DNA of 64,000 nucleotides from Microgenomates bacterium OLB23 (GCA_001567245.1 LMZU01000016.1:467-64466), one strand, 5' to 3'. Counted from the stretch's first letter, positions 1-10,705 are shown. The notes: a model not told the origin generated them from the sequence alone. Numbers and translations: made by a program.

Positions 1-1436
1 ACCAAGGTTTGGGCGCTGTTGCAGGCCACTCACATATGAGTGATTTACCACGAGTTCTCACCCTCTACTTGTTTGATCTATTTTTTCCAACGTCAGCAGT
101 GCGCTATGCATATGTTTTTTTAATGTATCTCATTGGTGCTCTAGGTACATATTTTCTTATTACCCAACTCTTTCACAAATCTACACATAGAAATATCACA
201 GGAGCTATAGCAACACTGTATTACATGTTTAACCTTGGCACAATACAACAATTTTTATGTGCCATTCGAAATGTTTCCTACACAGTACGCATTTCTGCCA
301 TGGATTCTTTATTACACATTTGCATCACTTAGTTCGCCTTCTCACAAAACATTTGTAATGTTTTTTCTCATATCATTTCTCGCAACACCTCAGGCCTACG
401 CTGCGCAGCTTTGGTATGCATTTTTTGGTACCTATGTGCTGGTATTGATATTTCATATAGCACTGCATAAAGACAAATATACTCAGTTCAAGCGCGCTGG
501 TATACTTATTTTTTGACAATATGTGTTAACTCTTATTGGCTGCTCCCCAATTTGTACTACATCTCCACACAGGGAGACATGCCCCGAAATGCTAAACAAA
601 ACAGACTGTATTCCCAAGAATTCAGGCTAAGAAATCAAGAATTCGGTAGACTAAGAGATGTTGCACTATTAAAAGGCTTTTATCTTGACTGGTCTATTTA
701 TGACTTTAAGAGCGAGCAATTTGAAAACCTAATGCCCGAATGGAAAAAACACTATGAAAATCCTTTTATCTCTGTATTGGGCTATGGTGTTTTCGCCTTA
801 GTGCTTGCAGGCGTTTTTAATTACAATTAAACAAAAGTCTCCTGCCACTTCTCTTATACCTTTATTTGCACTACCATTTGCACTACTTGCTAATCGTGTT
901 TTTCCCTTCTCACTTCTTTTTGAAAACTTATTACATATCAAGCTATTCGAAGAAGCCCTACGATTTGTATTTACAAAATTGTCTATACTCCTTACCTTAG
1001 GCTATACAGTATTCTTCGCAGTCAGCGTTTTTACATTTACTCGAAAAAGCAAGTGAAAAAAGCATCCATAAAAAAAATAATCTTTGCCTTTTTTGCGCTC
1101 ATTCTTGCTCTTGGAATGCCTGTACTAAACAGGAACCTTATTTCGGATAAAGTGAAAGTTAATATTCCACCTACGTATACCGAGCTTTGGGAATTCATGT
1201 CAACTCAACCCAAGGGAACATTACTTACCTTACCCATACATACATTCTCAGGCTGGCAGTATTATGATTGGGGGTACCAAGGTTCCGGCTTTATTTGGTT
1301 CCCCCTTAAACAACCAGTACTTGACAGAGATTCTGATCGTTGGAATAACTTAAACGAGGAGGCTTTTAGAGAACTACAGTATACCCTTTATAGAAAGGAT
1401 CCCAAAAAAATTTGTTGCCACTCTAGAAAAATATAA
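1..1436 (+). pseudogene. N-terminal part of a large polytopic membrane protein, split into 5 ORF fragments (possibly AftD/DUF3367-like glycosyltransferase); 5' end outside window
   Basis: ORFs 9..332, 235..516, 513..830, 805..1056 and 1053..1436 alternate between two frames. They read as one hydrophobic protein if single-base indels are allowed at T5 252-256, T6 509-514, T5 814-818, A5 1044-1048 and A7 1404-1410. The family guess is weak. Confidence 0.5.
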
Positions 1437-2631
1437 CATTACCTATATTCTTTGGGATAAGAACAACATTTCATCAGAAGAAAAAAATCGTAAACAAATT
1501 ACATTTGAACGCGAAACAGGAATAATGATTGACGAACTACTTGCACAGGGATTAATTACACCACTCTGGAAGAAAGATGGTATTGAAGTATTTAAAAACA
1601 TCGAACCTCATCACCGCATTGAAATCATGAGTGAACTTCCCAATATTCTCCCCACTTACTATTGGGGAATTTATGACGCAGCATATGAACACTTTGGAAC
1701 CTATATATCAAATCCCGATATAAATGTACATGCAACATATCCTTACCGAAAGTTACTTAATTCTAAAGACAGGCTTAACAATAGCCTTAACACCTTTAAG
1801 CACCTTTTAATACAAAACGACATGTACATCGATGCAGCAACTATATATGCCAGTAATGCACGCAGTGCAAATGTACAACTAATGACAGATAGTAACGGAA
1901 AAAAATTTGTACGTATTACATCGGATGATGTAGAAAAAAACGGTGTGCTTATTGACTTGCCATACTTATCTCAATCTACTGCATATGTTGTCTCAATAAA
2001 TACAAAGAATGTGAATGGCATTCCTCTACGACTTTGTGTGTTTAGTTTTTACTCCAATCTATGCCATCTGTATGACGAAACAACTAGAAGTGAAACTGTA
2101 GTGCAAGACTCGTTTATTGTACCTCCGTATGTAGAAGCACAGGGGTACAGCTTGCGCATTGATAATGTTTCTTTTGGCAGTAAGCCTGCAGTGAACGATA
2201 TCTATGACATACAAGTAACTCCCATTCCTTTTGATGAACTTAACAGCATGTATTATGGAACAGATAAGCCCCTGCAGCAACAGATAACAAAAGTAGGATT
2301 TAAAGGCTATTTTAATAATACTTTGTATGCTGTAGAGACCACCACAGAACAACTAGGCAACCAACAAAACGAACTGATATTGTGGCGATCTTACAATAAA
2401 GACTGGATTGCATTTAGTACTAATAATCTTAGGGTTTTCTCGGCACACCACCCCGTGAACAATTGGGCAAATGGATGGACTATCGAATTGAATGATTTTA
2501 AGGCTGGCGAACCATTGCGAATTATCATTGTATTCTGGCCTCAGCTTCTGCAGTATGCCGGCTATGTTTTACTTATCCTTGCACTCATAGTGGCCATTGT
2601 TATGCCTAAATATCGCAGTAAGGCCTCCTAG
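1411..2631 (+). CDS. C-terminal (probably extracytoplasmic) part of the same membrane protein, ending in a TM helix
   Basis: The frame is open from 1411 (FVATLEKYNITYILWDKN...) into ORF 1525..2631. C-terminal helix YVLLILALIVAIV is followed by KYRSK. Confidence 0.5.
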   Translation, partial: FVATLEKYNITYILWDKNNISSEEKNRKQITFERETGIMIDELLAQGLITPLWKKDGIEVFKNIEPHHRIEIMSELPNILPTYYWGIYDAAYEHFGTYISNPDINVHATYPYRKLLNSKDRLNNSLNTFKHLLIQNDMYIDAATIYASNARSANVQLMTDSNGKKFVRITSDDVEKNGVLIDLPYLSQSTAYVVSINTKNVNGIPLRLCVFSFYSNLCHLYDETTRSETVVQDSFIVPPYVEAQGYSLRIDNVSFGSKPAVNDIYDIQVTPIPFDELNSMYYGTDKPLQQQITKVGFKGYFNNTLYAVETTTEQLGNQQNELILWRSYNKDWIAFSTNNLRVFSAHHPVNNWANGWTIELNDFKAGEPLRIIIVFWPQLLQYAGYVLLILALIVAIVMPKYRSKAS

Positions 2632-2632
2632 A

Positions 2633-2661
2633 AAGACAAATTTGATTAGATATGGTATACT
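2633..2661 (+). promoter_or_regulatory. Candidate sigma70-type promoter (AAGACA-17-TATACT) 7 nt upstream of ATG 2669
   Basis: Hexamers read directly. Same geometry as the stronger promoters elsewhere in the window. Confidence 0.35.
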
Positions 2662-2668
2662 ATGAGCT

Positions 2669-2932
2669 ATGATTGAACAACGAACACAAATTTCGAACAT
2701 ATTATCGCTTGGCATTGGAGGCATGATTACCCTTATTGTGCTTTTTGGTGTGTATCAATTGTTGAATTCTTATATTGAAAAAAGTATTGGCTTTAACTAT
2801 CAACATGCACGCAACGAAGCCGTTGATCAGTGTATGAAAGAAGCCCGCTCTGTGGTTGCCAATGTATTCAATGAGAGCCTGTATAGAGTGTGTCTGCAAG
2901 ATAAGGGCTTTGTCACAAGCTTGCCAAAATAA
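2669..2932 (+). CDS. Small hypothetical membrane protein (87 aa)
   Basis: ORF with one N-terminal TM helix (ILSLGIGGMITLIVLFGVYQLL). No recognisable family. Confidence 0.5.
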   Translation: MIEQRTQISNILSLGIGGMITLIVLFGVYQLLNSYIEKSIGFNYQHARNEAVDQCMKEARSVVANVFNESLYRVCLQDKGFVTSLPK

Positions 2933-2959
2933 CCATCTTCCTGTGTTACAATACATGCT

Positions 2960-3499
2960 ATGAAGATTGTCCAGGTACCCCATTCTATACTTTCTGAAAA
3001 AGTAAAACCAGTCTCTCAATTTGACCGAAGACTTGCTACCATAGTGCAAAAAATGGTTACCACCCTTCGTAACGAAAAAGACCCCGAAGGCGTAGGGCTC
3101 GCAGCAAATCAAGTAGGGCTCAACATGGCTCTTTTTATTATGCAGTCCTCAAAAAAAGCTCCATTGTATGTTTGCATTAACCCCAAAATTACCTTTATAG
3201 AAAAGATTCAAAACCCTACACCACAAAAAAAAGGTAAAAAAACTACCCGCGCACGACTTGAAGGGTGCCTGTCTATACCCCGTTTATGGGGATACGTAGC
3301 ACGAAGCCCCAAAGTGCATCTTACCTATGCAGATCTAGATGGTACAATTCATGAAAAAGCGTTCACTGGCTTTGAGGCAATTATAGTTCAGCACGAAATG
3401 GACCACCTTGACGGCATTGTATTTACACAGCGCGTTATAGAACAAAAAAGAAAGTTATACCAAGAAATTGACGGAGAGCTGGAACCGCTTAAGATTTAA
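2960..3499 (+). CDS. def: Peptide deformylase
   Basis: All three PDF motifs are present: GLAANQVG, EGCLSIP, HEMDHL. An extended -10 (TGtTACAAT, 2944-2952) lies 7 nt upstream of the ATG. Confidence 0.95.
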   Translation: MKIVQVPHSILSEKVKPVSQFDRRLATIVQKMVTTLRNEKDPEGVGLAANQVGLNMALFIMQSSKKAPLYVCINPKITFIEKIQNPTPQKKGKKTTRARLEGCLSIPRLWGYVARSPKVHLTYADLDGTIHEKAFTGFEAIIVQHEMDHLDGIVFTQRVIEQKRKLYQEIDGELEPLKI

Positions 3500-3803
3500 C
3501 TGCTGCTTGTGCGGCTTTTCTGTCTGCAAGAACCTTCTTAAGATCTGCAGGAAGATATGCAAGCTTTACTATTGGTGAGCGACCATCGAGAATATCTTTA
3601 CGAATTCGCTTAATAACTTTGGTCGCGAGGAGAACTTTTTTAGCAACACCCTCTTCGAGAATAGTCACCACTTGAAGATTAGGACTAAACACACGATTCA
3701 TTTTTTGTGCTCTTTTTTTCCAACGACCACCCGCCACACCACGATGGTGCGTATGAGTTCTGCCGTGAAGTGATGATTTTCCTGATACGTAGCAGTTTGC
3801 CAT
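3489..3803 (-). CDS. rpmB: 50S ribosomal protein L28 (with C-terminal extension)
   Basis: MANCYVSGKSSLHGRTHTHHRG...RVFSPNLQ matches the L28 pattern M..C...GK....G...SH......R.F.PNLQ. Start is the ATG at 3803. The 3' end overlaps def convergently by 11 nt. Confidence 0.75.
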   Translation of the reverse strand: MANCYVSGKSSLHGRTHTHHRGVAGGRWKKRAQKMNRVFSPNLQVVTILEEGVAKKVLLATKVIKRIRKDILDGRSPIVKLAYLPADLKKVLADRKAAQAAVKS

Positions 3804-3852
3804 GGGGTATATAATATCAAAATTACTCAGCAAAATCAATTATAATAGGCAT

Positions 3853-4484
3853 ATGGTATTGAGCGAGCTTTTTACTAATCCGGTTGGTGCAGTGCTTTTT
3901 TTGCTTTCTATTGTTGCAGCAGTCACGGTACATGAGTTTGCTCATGCTAAAACTGCTGATAATCTTGGCGACCCTACTCCTCAGCTTCAGGGGCGTGTTA
4001 CACTCGATCCCCGTTCACACTTAGACCCAATTGGCTCTCTGCTATTTTTACTTTTTGGCTTTGGTTGGGGAAGGCCAGTACCATACGATCCATATAACCT
4101 TAAGAATCCTCAAAAAGATGCCGCCATGATTGCATTGGCAGGCCCCTATCTAATTTTGGCATGGCGTTGGCTGCCGGGGTTGCGCTGCATATTTTTGGCG
4201 CAGAGTTTGCCCGCACAAACATACTGGGGGCATTCCTCTCAATATTTACCTCTACTAACATAATTTTAGGCGTGTTTAACCTTATTCCTGTGGCACCACT
4301 TGACGGTTTTCGCATTGTAGGAGGCTTGGTGCCACATGATCAGCTAGAAGAGTGGCTCAGTCTTGAGCGGTATGGATTTATTATCTTAATATTCTTAATT
4401 CTTCCGTTTGCTGGGGGTCGCTCTATCTTGCAAACCTTTATTGGGCCTGTTGTGAGCTTTTTTACGGGCATTCTGTTGCCATAA
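3853..4484 (+). CDS. Peptidase M50 / site-2 protease family membrane metalloprotease (frameshifted as assembled)
   Basis: HEFAHA zinc motif and NLIPVAPLDG motif. ORFs 3802..4263 and 4161..4484 join as ...ALAGP-LSNFGMALAAG... if one C is removed from C4 at 4143-4146. Confidence 0.8.
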
Positions 4485-4516
4485 GATTCTTCTTAAAACG
4501 CGCTTACTTTATGCTA

Positions 4517-5231
4517 TTAACTTGAGGCGGGTGTGGGGGTTGTAGTGTGACGATAATACCCTTTTATACATGCGTTGCCACTCACCTGATAGCCCTTTTT
4601 CTCGAAGTAATCTAAACAATCACCCCAATCGCTATCTGCATTCGTATCATCTTTATAGAATGCATCGACCTCTGTATCGCTTGCTGTTTGTGCAGATGTA
4701 GGCAGAGGAGCTGTGGTAGGTACTATATCTGACTCGCCACTTGTTGGTTCTGGCACTACTACGGCCGTTGTAGGAGTAACATCAAGCACTACCCCACCTG
4801 TACCATCGGTAGATTGCCCACCTGCTGCCCCATCGGGACTGGCTGGTACTTCGATTAGTGTTTCTTCGCTGCCAGCAGGGGCCGCACAATAACTTTGATT
4901 TGCTACAAGAGGCTGCATAATAACTGTATGCTCATAATTACCATCTCCAAGCGCAACTGGTGCCCCGGCCTCTGAGTGAATAAACACCAAATTACATTCG
5001 CTTAGTCCACCAGGAGGCATACTCGAAGCCAGTAAGTTACCCTGCTCTTCTGTACGATTTGTCCATGTACAGCGGGCTTCTGTGTCTTTTGTACGCACAC
5101 AGGTAAAGTTTTCTACTGCACTCGCCTGAGAGCCTCGCTTTTGGACAATACGAAACCCAATATAGATAAGCAGTAATGAAAGAATAAACCCTATACTCAA
5201 CGCGGCTATTTTTTGTGTTTTTTTTGTTCAT
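4517..5231 (-). CDS. Hypothetical membrane-anchored/secreted protein, last gene of the cohesin-dockerin operon (frameshifted in its 5' homopolymer)
   Basis: ATG at 5231 forms an ATGA overlap with the upstream stop. Removing one base from the T8 run at 5218-5225 gives MNKKTQKIAALSIGFILSLLLIYIGF, a signal anchor. The remainder is Thr/Pro/Gly-rich with a Cys-containing C-terminus. Confidence 0.5.
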
Positions 5232-5885
5232 ATGCGTAACATTGATTTGGCACCTGCGCCAACTAACATAAAGCCAAGACCGATAATACCATATAAGAGG
5301 AAATCTTCAACAACACCGGTGCGCGGGAGCTCAGAAGGAGTTTTTGCACTCCCTGTTGAGGTTTTGGGTTTAGTAGATCCTCCTACTGTAACCACAGCCT
5401 CTCCGTTAAGCGCACATTGAATAAGATCGGGTGCATCGGTAGATTTTTCTGAAATGTTAGACTCATTGGTTTCACCGGTTTCGCAGGTATATGTAAAGGT
5501 TGTGGTACCGGCAGCTTTTGCTTTACATTGCACCGACGCAAGCACTCCCTCGCCGGTTACCGACTCACCAGGACTCGATACAACACCAGCAATGTAAATT
5601 TTTCCCGGTTGAGTAAACTCTTTAATGCCAATTTCTAAAAAATCACCATCGGTAATGCTCTCAATCTCACAAATGGCAGGATCATATTCTATGAGCGCAT
5701 CAACACCAAGGATTTCTTTTTCTTCGGCGTCGGCGACTATGTCTAGTGTAAATGTTTCGCCGACATTGGTACTTATGGTTGTAGGGTCAAATTTGAGCGT
5801 CGCCGCAAATGCTGCGTTGAGGCGCGGCGACAGAGCAAAAAAAAGCCGCAAACACTATTACTATGGTAATTCTTTGAAATTTCAT
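5228..5885 (-). CDS. Cohesin-domain surface protein with LPXTG (LPRTG) sortase anchor (frameshifted in signal peptide)
   Basis: Cohesin-like core: TISTNVGETFTLDIVADAEEKEILGVDALIEYDPAICEIESITDGDF...GKIYIAGV...GEGVLASVQCKAKAAG. C-terminus has LPRTG, a hydrophobic stretch and a K/R tail. The ATG at 5885 gives MKFQRITIVIVFAAFFALSPRLNAAFA if the A8 run at 5837-5844 is shortened by 1. Confidence 0.7.
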
Positions 5886-5887
5886 GC

Positions 5888-6520
5888 TTAATTTGCTTGC
5901 AAGGTAACGCCCTGCACACTACTCAAAATATCTTGGGTTTGTGTATTCATAAGATTGGAGTCGGTTGTGTGATTGGGGCTAAACACCAGCTCAACCGACG
6001 CATTACCTGCCTTGAGCACACTAAAGCTTACTTCTACCAACGGCGACTGCGCAAATACATATGGCTCTGGCTGACTAATGCTTTGAATACCAGTTACTAC
6101 CAAATCGTTATAACCCGTTGCTTCTGCAGGTATGTCTGTTTGGTAAATGTCCATTCCTTCTACAAGCGAGAGCACATTGTGTACCTTGAGCACAGAAGGA
6201 TCATAGCGCAACACCGCATCGTATCCTGTAATTTTATCGCCCTTTGAATCTGCGGTAACTGTCATGGTAACAATGTCACCTTTGCGATATGATTGCTTGG
6301 CACCCTTTACAGCCATACCAAAAACCCCTGTTAAAGGTGCTGCTGTGGGCTCGGCAGGCTCTATTATGTGGCGCAGTAGTTGCTTTTCTTGGTCTTTGTA
6401 TTTTTCGGGTAGCTTGTTTTGCGCAACATACATAATGCCACCCACCACAACTACTATACCAATAATAGAAATTAACCCGGTGAGCAACATTTTGTTTTTT
6501 ATTTCTGCATCGTCTTCCAT
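5888..6520 (-). CDS. N-terminally TM-anchored cohesin-like protein
   Basis: TM helix LLTGLISIIGIVVVVGGIMYV. Cohesin-like segment: GDIVTMTVTADSKGDKITGYDAVLRYDPSVLKV...VEVSFSVLKAGNASVELVF...TTDSNL. Confidence 0.65.
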   Translation of the reverse strand: MEDDAEIKNKMLLTGLISIIGIVVVVGGIMYVAQNKLPEKYKDQEKQLLRHIIEPAEPTAAPLTGVFGMAVKGAKQSYRKGDIVTMTVTADSKGDKITGYDAVLRYDPSVLKVHNVLSLVEGMDIYQTDIPAEATGYNDLVVTGIQSISQPEPYVFAQSPLVEVSFSVLKAGNASVELVFSPNHTTDSNLMNTQTQDILSSVQGVTLQAN

Positions 6521-6528
6521 ATTGTTTA

Positions 6529-7380
6529 TTAATTTACTGTGTCAGATGCATAGTACACCACAACACTATTAGCAGTGCCCTTTTGCACCTGAAATACAAA
6601 CCCCGAAAATTTTTCGATATTTTCAGAAACTGTTCCTGTTCCCCAGGTAAACGTTTTAGGCTGTTTAGATGTGCCTAATGTCATTTCGATAACTGCAGAT
6701 TCTGGAGTAATTGAGGTAAGGACCAGCTTGACGTTGGTGTTTGGCACAATCAATGCTGTAGCGGTAGAAAGATCTATTTTATCGCCCACATACAAAGTGG
6801 TGCCCTGCACATCACCCAACCCATCTTGCGAGCTGGTGAGCACAATATTAGATTCTGTGGTTTCATCTGGCTTGAACATAAAATCAACTGCAGAGCTTCC
6901 CTGCGCAACGGCTCTGAACGTAATATGCGCAAGCTCAGCATTATTAAATATGCTCGCAGACTTGCTATCGAGCTTGCGAATGCCGCCAATGTATAAACGC
7001 TCCTCATTAACATTGCTAAACACCTCAAACGAAGGGAGCTTCGAAACAGCCTGGCTAAAATCAAGTACCTTTTGATTAATCTTAAGTGCAGCATCAAACC
7101 CCACTGCATCTCTTCCATCTGAGTCGCCTTTTATTGCAACAACCACCTGTTCTTCTACTTCGTAAATAAATCTTCCTGTTGCCGGTTGCGCGCTTAAGCG
7201 GCCTTTTGCCACAATTTTGCTGTTAGCAGGCTCTTTTATGCCTTCTTTGTCGGCAGTATTGCTGCCATTCATTGCACTGCCGCGATTTTGAGCAATAAAC
7301 ATTATGCCCGCGGCAGCAATTAACAACACCGTTACCAAAGCTATAACAAGAGATTTGTGTTCTTTAAGTTCTTCTATCAT
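6529..7380 (-). CDS. TM-anchored cohesin-like protein with an extra C-terminal beta-rich domain
   Basis: TM helix SLVIALVTVLLIAAAGIMFIA. AVGFDAALKINQKVLDFSQ...AHITFRAVAQGSSAVDFMF...TTESNI resembles the neighbouring cohesins. ATGA overlap with the upstream gene. Confidence 0.55.
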   Translation of the reverse strand: MIEELKEHKSLVIALVTVLLIAAAGIMFIAQNRGSAMNGSNTADKEGIKEPANSKIVAKGRLSAQPATGRFIYEVEEQVVVAIKGDSDGRDAVGFDAALKINQKVLDFSQAVSKLPSFEVFSNVNEERLYIGGIRKLDSKSASIFNNAELAHITFRAVAQGSSAVDFMFKPDETTESNIVLTSSQDGLGDVQGTTLYVGDKIDLSTATALIVPNTNVKLVLTSITPESAVIEMTLGTSKQPKTFTWGTGTVSENIEKFSGFVFQVQKGTANSVVVYYASDTVN

Positions 7381-8708
7381 TTTATGTCGGCAATATTAAT
7401 GCGCGCGGCAGTCATTAAGGCAAAGTCGACTGCATTGACAATGCCATCAAAGTTAAGATCTGCCTTACGGAGGGCATCTTCGTCACTCTTTCCCAGGTTA
7501 TTACGCACAAGTGCAAAGTCGGCAGAGTTACACACACCATCTTGCTTTCCTGCAGGAATATCACATGCAAGCTGCACAATGCCCGACAGATCAAATACGT
7601 TTGCACCATTTTTCAGTTCAATCTTTCCTTTATCACAACTGTAGGAGCCTGCTTCTGTTTCTTTTGCATCTTTGTCGCATACCTTTCTTTGAAGACAATG
7701 TTCGCACTTTACCAAAAGCTTGTAGTCTTTACGTGCAGGTACATTAAAGCTGGCCGTACCATTAAAGTGACCGTTATCATCTGATTTAAATTCAACAGTT
7801 TTATACACAGGTTCGGCAAGTCCACCATCGCCCACACCTACCCGCACTTGCATAGAATCTCGCTTTGATGGCTTCTTTACAATCCCTTGCATACGCAATT
7901 TCATTTTTACCTCAACATTTCCACCACCTTGGCCTATTACGTATTTTGCAGTTTCGCTGTTAACACTATATAAACCGGCAACAGCCTGGGGCCCTACAAC
8001 CTGAATATTTGTTACTGCAAGCGAGCCCTCGCCTTCTCCAATGACATCGAACGAAAGAGTATTTGTATATGAGGTTTTAAGCTCTGCTCCAGCACTATCG
8101 CACACATACAACAACGACATGGTGCCATTGTCGTTGTCAACATTGGTGCTTACCATGGTACATGTGGCCTCTTTTGGCGGCACAACAACTGGGCCACCAC
8201 CTACTGGAGGTGTTGTGCCTGCTCCGCCTGTGGGTACCGCTATGGTGGTTGCCGGCGGGGTTATTGCAGCGGTACGCACGTTACACGTGCCCGAAGCAGC
8301 ACCAGCAGGGATATTACAATACATTACTTGCGAGCAGTTAGGAATGGCGCTTCCGCCACAAAACCTGTCTACACACTCTTTATCGGTAGTACATGCACGC
8401 GATGTAGGCACAACAGTTGGCGTTGCACCCCCTCCGGCCGTTGGCACGGCGGTTGGTGGAATTGCGGTAGGTGCACCAACATTAGTCGCCGGAGTTGGTG
8501 TTGCGGTGAGCACATTCTGTGCAAGCAAACCCTTTACATCTGCTGGGCCAGCTACTGCGTTTCCCTTTAATATGGCTTTGTCAAAACTCAGAGCAACATA
8601 ATATGCAGAGATTTTTTTAGCACCATCATTTGATTTAATAGTTAATGCATAATTGCATGAGCTGCCTTTATCTCCCCTACACGTGGTTGGCTCAAATGTA
8701 GCGCTCAC
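7377..8708 (-). CDS. Cohesin-like + Pro/Thr/Gly linkers + Cys-rich module + C-terminal dockerin protein
   Basis: N-terminal segment ISAYYVALSFDKAILKG. C-terminal duplicated Ca-loop/helix segments: DIPAGKQDGVCNSADFALVRNNLG and DLNFDGIVNAVDFALMTAARI. May be fused to 8776..9276 (see findings). Confidence 0.65.
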   Translation of the reverse strand: MSATFEPTTCRGDKGSSCNYALTIKSNDGAKKISAYYVALSFDKAILKGNAVAGPADVKGLLAQNVLTATPTPATNVGAPTAIPPTAVPTAGGGATPTVVPTSRACTTDKECVDRFCGGSAIPNCSQVMYCNIPAGAASGTCNVRTAAITPPATTIAVPTGGAGTTPPVGGGPVVVPPKEATCTMVSTNVDNDNGTMSLLYVCDSAGAELKTSYTNTLSFDVIGEGEGSLAVTNIQVVGPQAVAGLYSVNSETAKYVIGQGGGNVEVKMKLRMQGIVKKPSKRDSMQVRVGVGDGGLAEPVYKTVEFKSDDNGHFNGTASFNVPARKDYKLLVKCEHCLQRKVCDKDAKETEAGSYSCDKGKIELKNGANVFDLSGIVQLACDIPAGKQDGVCNSADFALVRNNLGKSDEDALRKADLNFDGIVNAVDFALMTAARINIADIK

Positions 8709-8775
8709 ATCTGAGGGAATTGGCGTTGGTGTGGTGCCGGCTCCAGAACAGTTATACGTTACTGTTTGCGATGGG

Positions 8776-9276
8776 TTAAAACGTGTATAGCGTGCCTTCT
8801 ACTGGCCCACTTACCTGTGATTTTTGTGTGTCAACGGTAATAGTTACTGGCCCCGATCCAGTACACTGCACCGTACCCGATAAAACCAAACCAGACACTA
8901 GATTTTCATCTTTTTCGAGCACAACACAACTGTAGCGTGGTGAAGCTCCAATTGTTTCTATAAGTGGCTTAATTTGGGGTGTCTTCCCATCTTCAAGGGG
9001 TTTACAGGGTAACCACGAAGCAATCGTGCCATTTTGCACGGTAAGGGCTATATCTGCTGCAGATATTTTTTCGGTTGCATTCTCTGGTTTAAGCACAATA
9101 CGAAATGGGCTATCGTTTAACGTTCCTGTTGCTGGTGCAAACTCTACAACCACCTTGCTTTGAGCAGCGCTTGATTGCAACACATACCGATTTACAAACG
9201 CACCAAACATAACAAGCGCAGCAAGACCCACAACAGTAAAAAATGGCACTCGTGGTGAAACAGTACTATTAGTCAT
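8776..9276 (-). CDS. Signal-anchored cohesin-like protein (possibly the N-terminus of 7377..8708)
   Basis: TM helix FFTVVGLAALVMFGAFV. ISAADIALTVQNGTI...LVLSGTVQCTGSGPVTITV is beta-sandwich-like. Confidence 0.5.
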   Translation of the reverse strand: MTNSTVSPRVPFFTVVGLAALVMFGAFVNRYVLQSSAAQSKVVVEFAPATGTLNDSPFRIVLKPENATEKISAADIALTVQNGTIASWLPCKPLEDGKTPQIKPLIETIGASPRYSCVVLEKDENLVSGLVLSGTVQCTGSGPVTITVDTQKSQVSGPVEGTLYTF

Positions 9277-10084
9277 GATTTGTTTTCCAGATTGTTAAAT
9301 CTACACTGTTAATTGTTCCATCACCATTTACATCACAGGCGTTACCTTCACTGCGAATTGAGCTACGTAATACCTCCCAGTCACGCACATCTATTTTTCC
9401 GTCACAGGTACAATCACCCTTTGCTTTGGTTGAACAATTACCTCCAGGAACTGGTGTTATAGGAGCTCCAGGACCACCAACTACTGGTGGTGTAATGGTT
9501 ATAGAGGGTATGGGCGCCGAAGGCGAAAAGGTAATAACTACTGGGGCTGTATCAATATCGGGCACTATTTGTTGCGAGCCAACCGCCTGCCATTGTGAGG
9601 CATCGGCGAGCATAACTCTTGCATCTGAATTGCCACCATTAGCGGGAACTGTGCGTTTAAATCCAACTGTTGTAATACATTTTGTACCTGTGGCAAGCAG
9701 ATTGTCGCCTTTTATCGTGCCCAGGGTAAGTTTGAGTCCTTGTGGAACGGGGGTGTATTTCATTACATAATCGAGTCCAAACGATGCCTGGCTGCAAAAA
9801 CCTTCTTGTGTAATGCCAACCAAGTTAAGATTTTCAGAAAAACTCATTGCACCCGTTACTCCCGCAAGTCCTGTGGTGGGCTCTGTAGAGCCAAAAATAT
9901 GCACCAAACAAAGTGAATCGGGCTTGTCGTTGCATTGTATGGCTTTTTCAGAAATAAATATCTTCATGTTGGGGGCTAACTGTGCTTTTGAGGGTATGAG
10001 ATAGGTATTAATTGCCTGCCAAAAAAACAGCGTGGATAACACAAAAACTAGCCCTAGGACGGTGAGCCTGGTTGTCTTATTCAT
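9269..10084 (-). CDS. Secreted cohesin-like + C-terminal dockerin-like protein
   Basis: Signal peptide MNKTTRLTVLGLVFVLSTLFFW. LAGVTGAMSFSENLNLVGITQ. C-terminus: CDGKIDVRDWEVLRSSI...DVNGDGTINSVDLTIWKTN. Confidence 0.6.
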   Translation of the reverse strand: MNKTTRLTVLGLVFVLSTLFFWQAINTYLIPSKAQLAPNMKIFISEKAIQCNDKPDSLCLVHIFGSTEPTTGLAGVTGAMSFSENLNLVGITQEGFCSQASFGLDYVMKYTPVPQGLKLTLGTIKGDNLLATGTKCITTVGFKRTVPANGGNSDARVMLADASQWQAVGSQQIVPDIDTAPVVITFSPSAPIPSITITPPVVGGPGAPITPVPGGNCSTKAKGDCTCDGKIDVRDWEVLRSSIRSEGNACDVNGDGTINSVDLTIWKTNHD

Positions 10085-10091
10085 TATGTTC

Positions 10092-10669
10092 TTATTTTTG
10101 TGCGACGAACGCTATTCTAAATATATTAAAGTCTAACAAATCTACAACTCCATTTGTGTCGAAATCGCATGCGGTTGTTGCAGCGCTACCACTAAGCTCT
10201 TTACGAAGTAAATTAAAATCAGAGAGGTCAACTTTTCCGTCTTTTGTACCTTCTGTGGGGCCTGAACAGTCACCTGCAGTACCCCCTCCTCCGCTGGGTG
10301 GGGTTACTTTGCCGCTTACTGGTGTAATGGGGTTTGGATCAACAAAACTTCCTGTTGGATTAGCATTTCCTGGTGTTGTATTGGGTACATTTGGAATGTT
10401 TGGGTTACCTCCCCCTCCCGGTGGAGTTGTGGGTTGTGGTCTGGGGTTTTGAGGCCTATTGGAACGGCAACATGGATTGGCTTGTTGAGCAGCCGGTTTG
10501 CACGCAAGTTCCTGGTCCGTTAATATTGCTGCATCGAGCATTAGAGAGACATCGTAATCCTCTAGGTAGATCACATGCAGTGCCACAAGCCTGAGCCTCA
10601 ACTTGTTGGGCAGAGAAAGCGAAGAAAGAAAAAAGAATTGCAACAAAAAAAAAGTGTCCACCTACTCAT
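10092..10669 (-). CDS. Small secreted Cys-rich / Pro-Gly linker / dockerin protein (at least 2 frameshifts as assembled)
   Basis: C-terminus: GKVDLSDFNLLRKELSG...DFDTNGVVDLLDFNIFRIAF. The ATG at 10669 with the A9 run 10645-10653 shortened by 1 gives MSRWTLFFVAILFSFFAFSAQQVEA-QACGTACDLPRGLRC.... Confidence 0.55.
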
Positions 10670-10675
10670 TCATTC

Positions 10676-10705
10676 AGAATAACATACATTCAATTTTATT
10701 GTCAA
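10676..10705 (-). promoter_or_regulatory. Sigma70-type promoter TTGACA-18-TATTCT, 6 nt upstream of ATG 10669
   Basis: Perfect -35 at 10700-10705 and -10 at 10676-10681, read on the minus strand. Confidence 0.5.

Noticed and set aside
8041..8601. 186-aa plus-strand ORF (and 8328..8570) inside the dockerin gene 7377..8708
   Set aside because: It is antisense to a Pro/Thr/Gly/Ala-rich linker. Its low-complexity mirror composition (G/V/A/P/T) is what such linkers give on the opposite strand. It has no start context or motifs.
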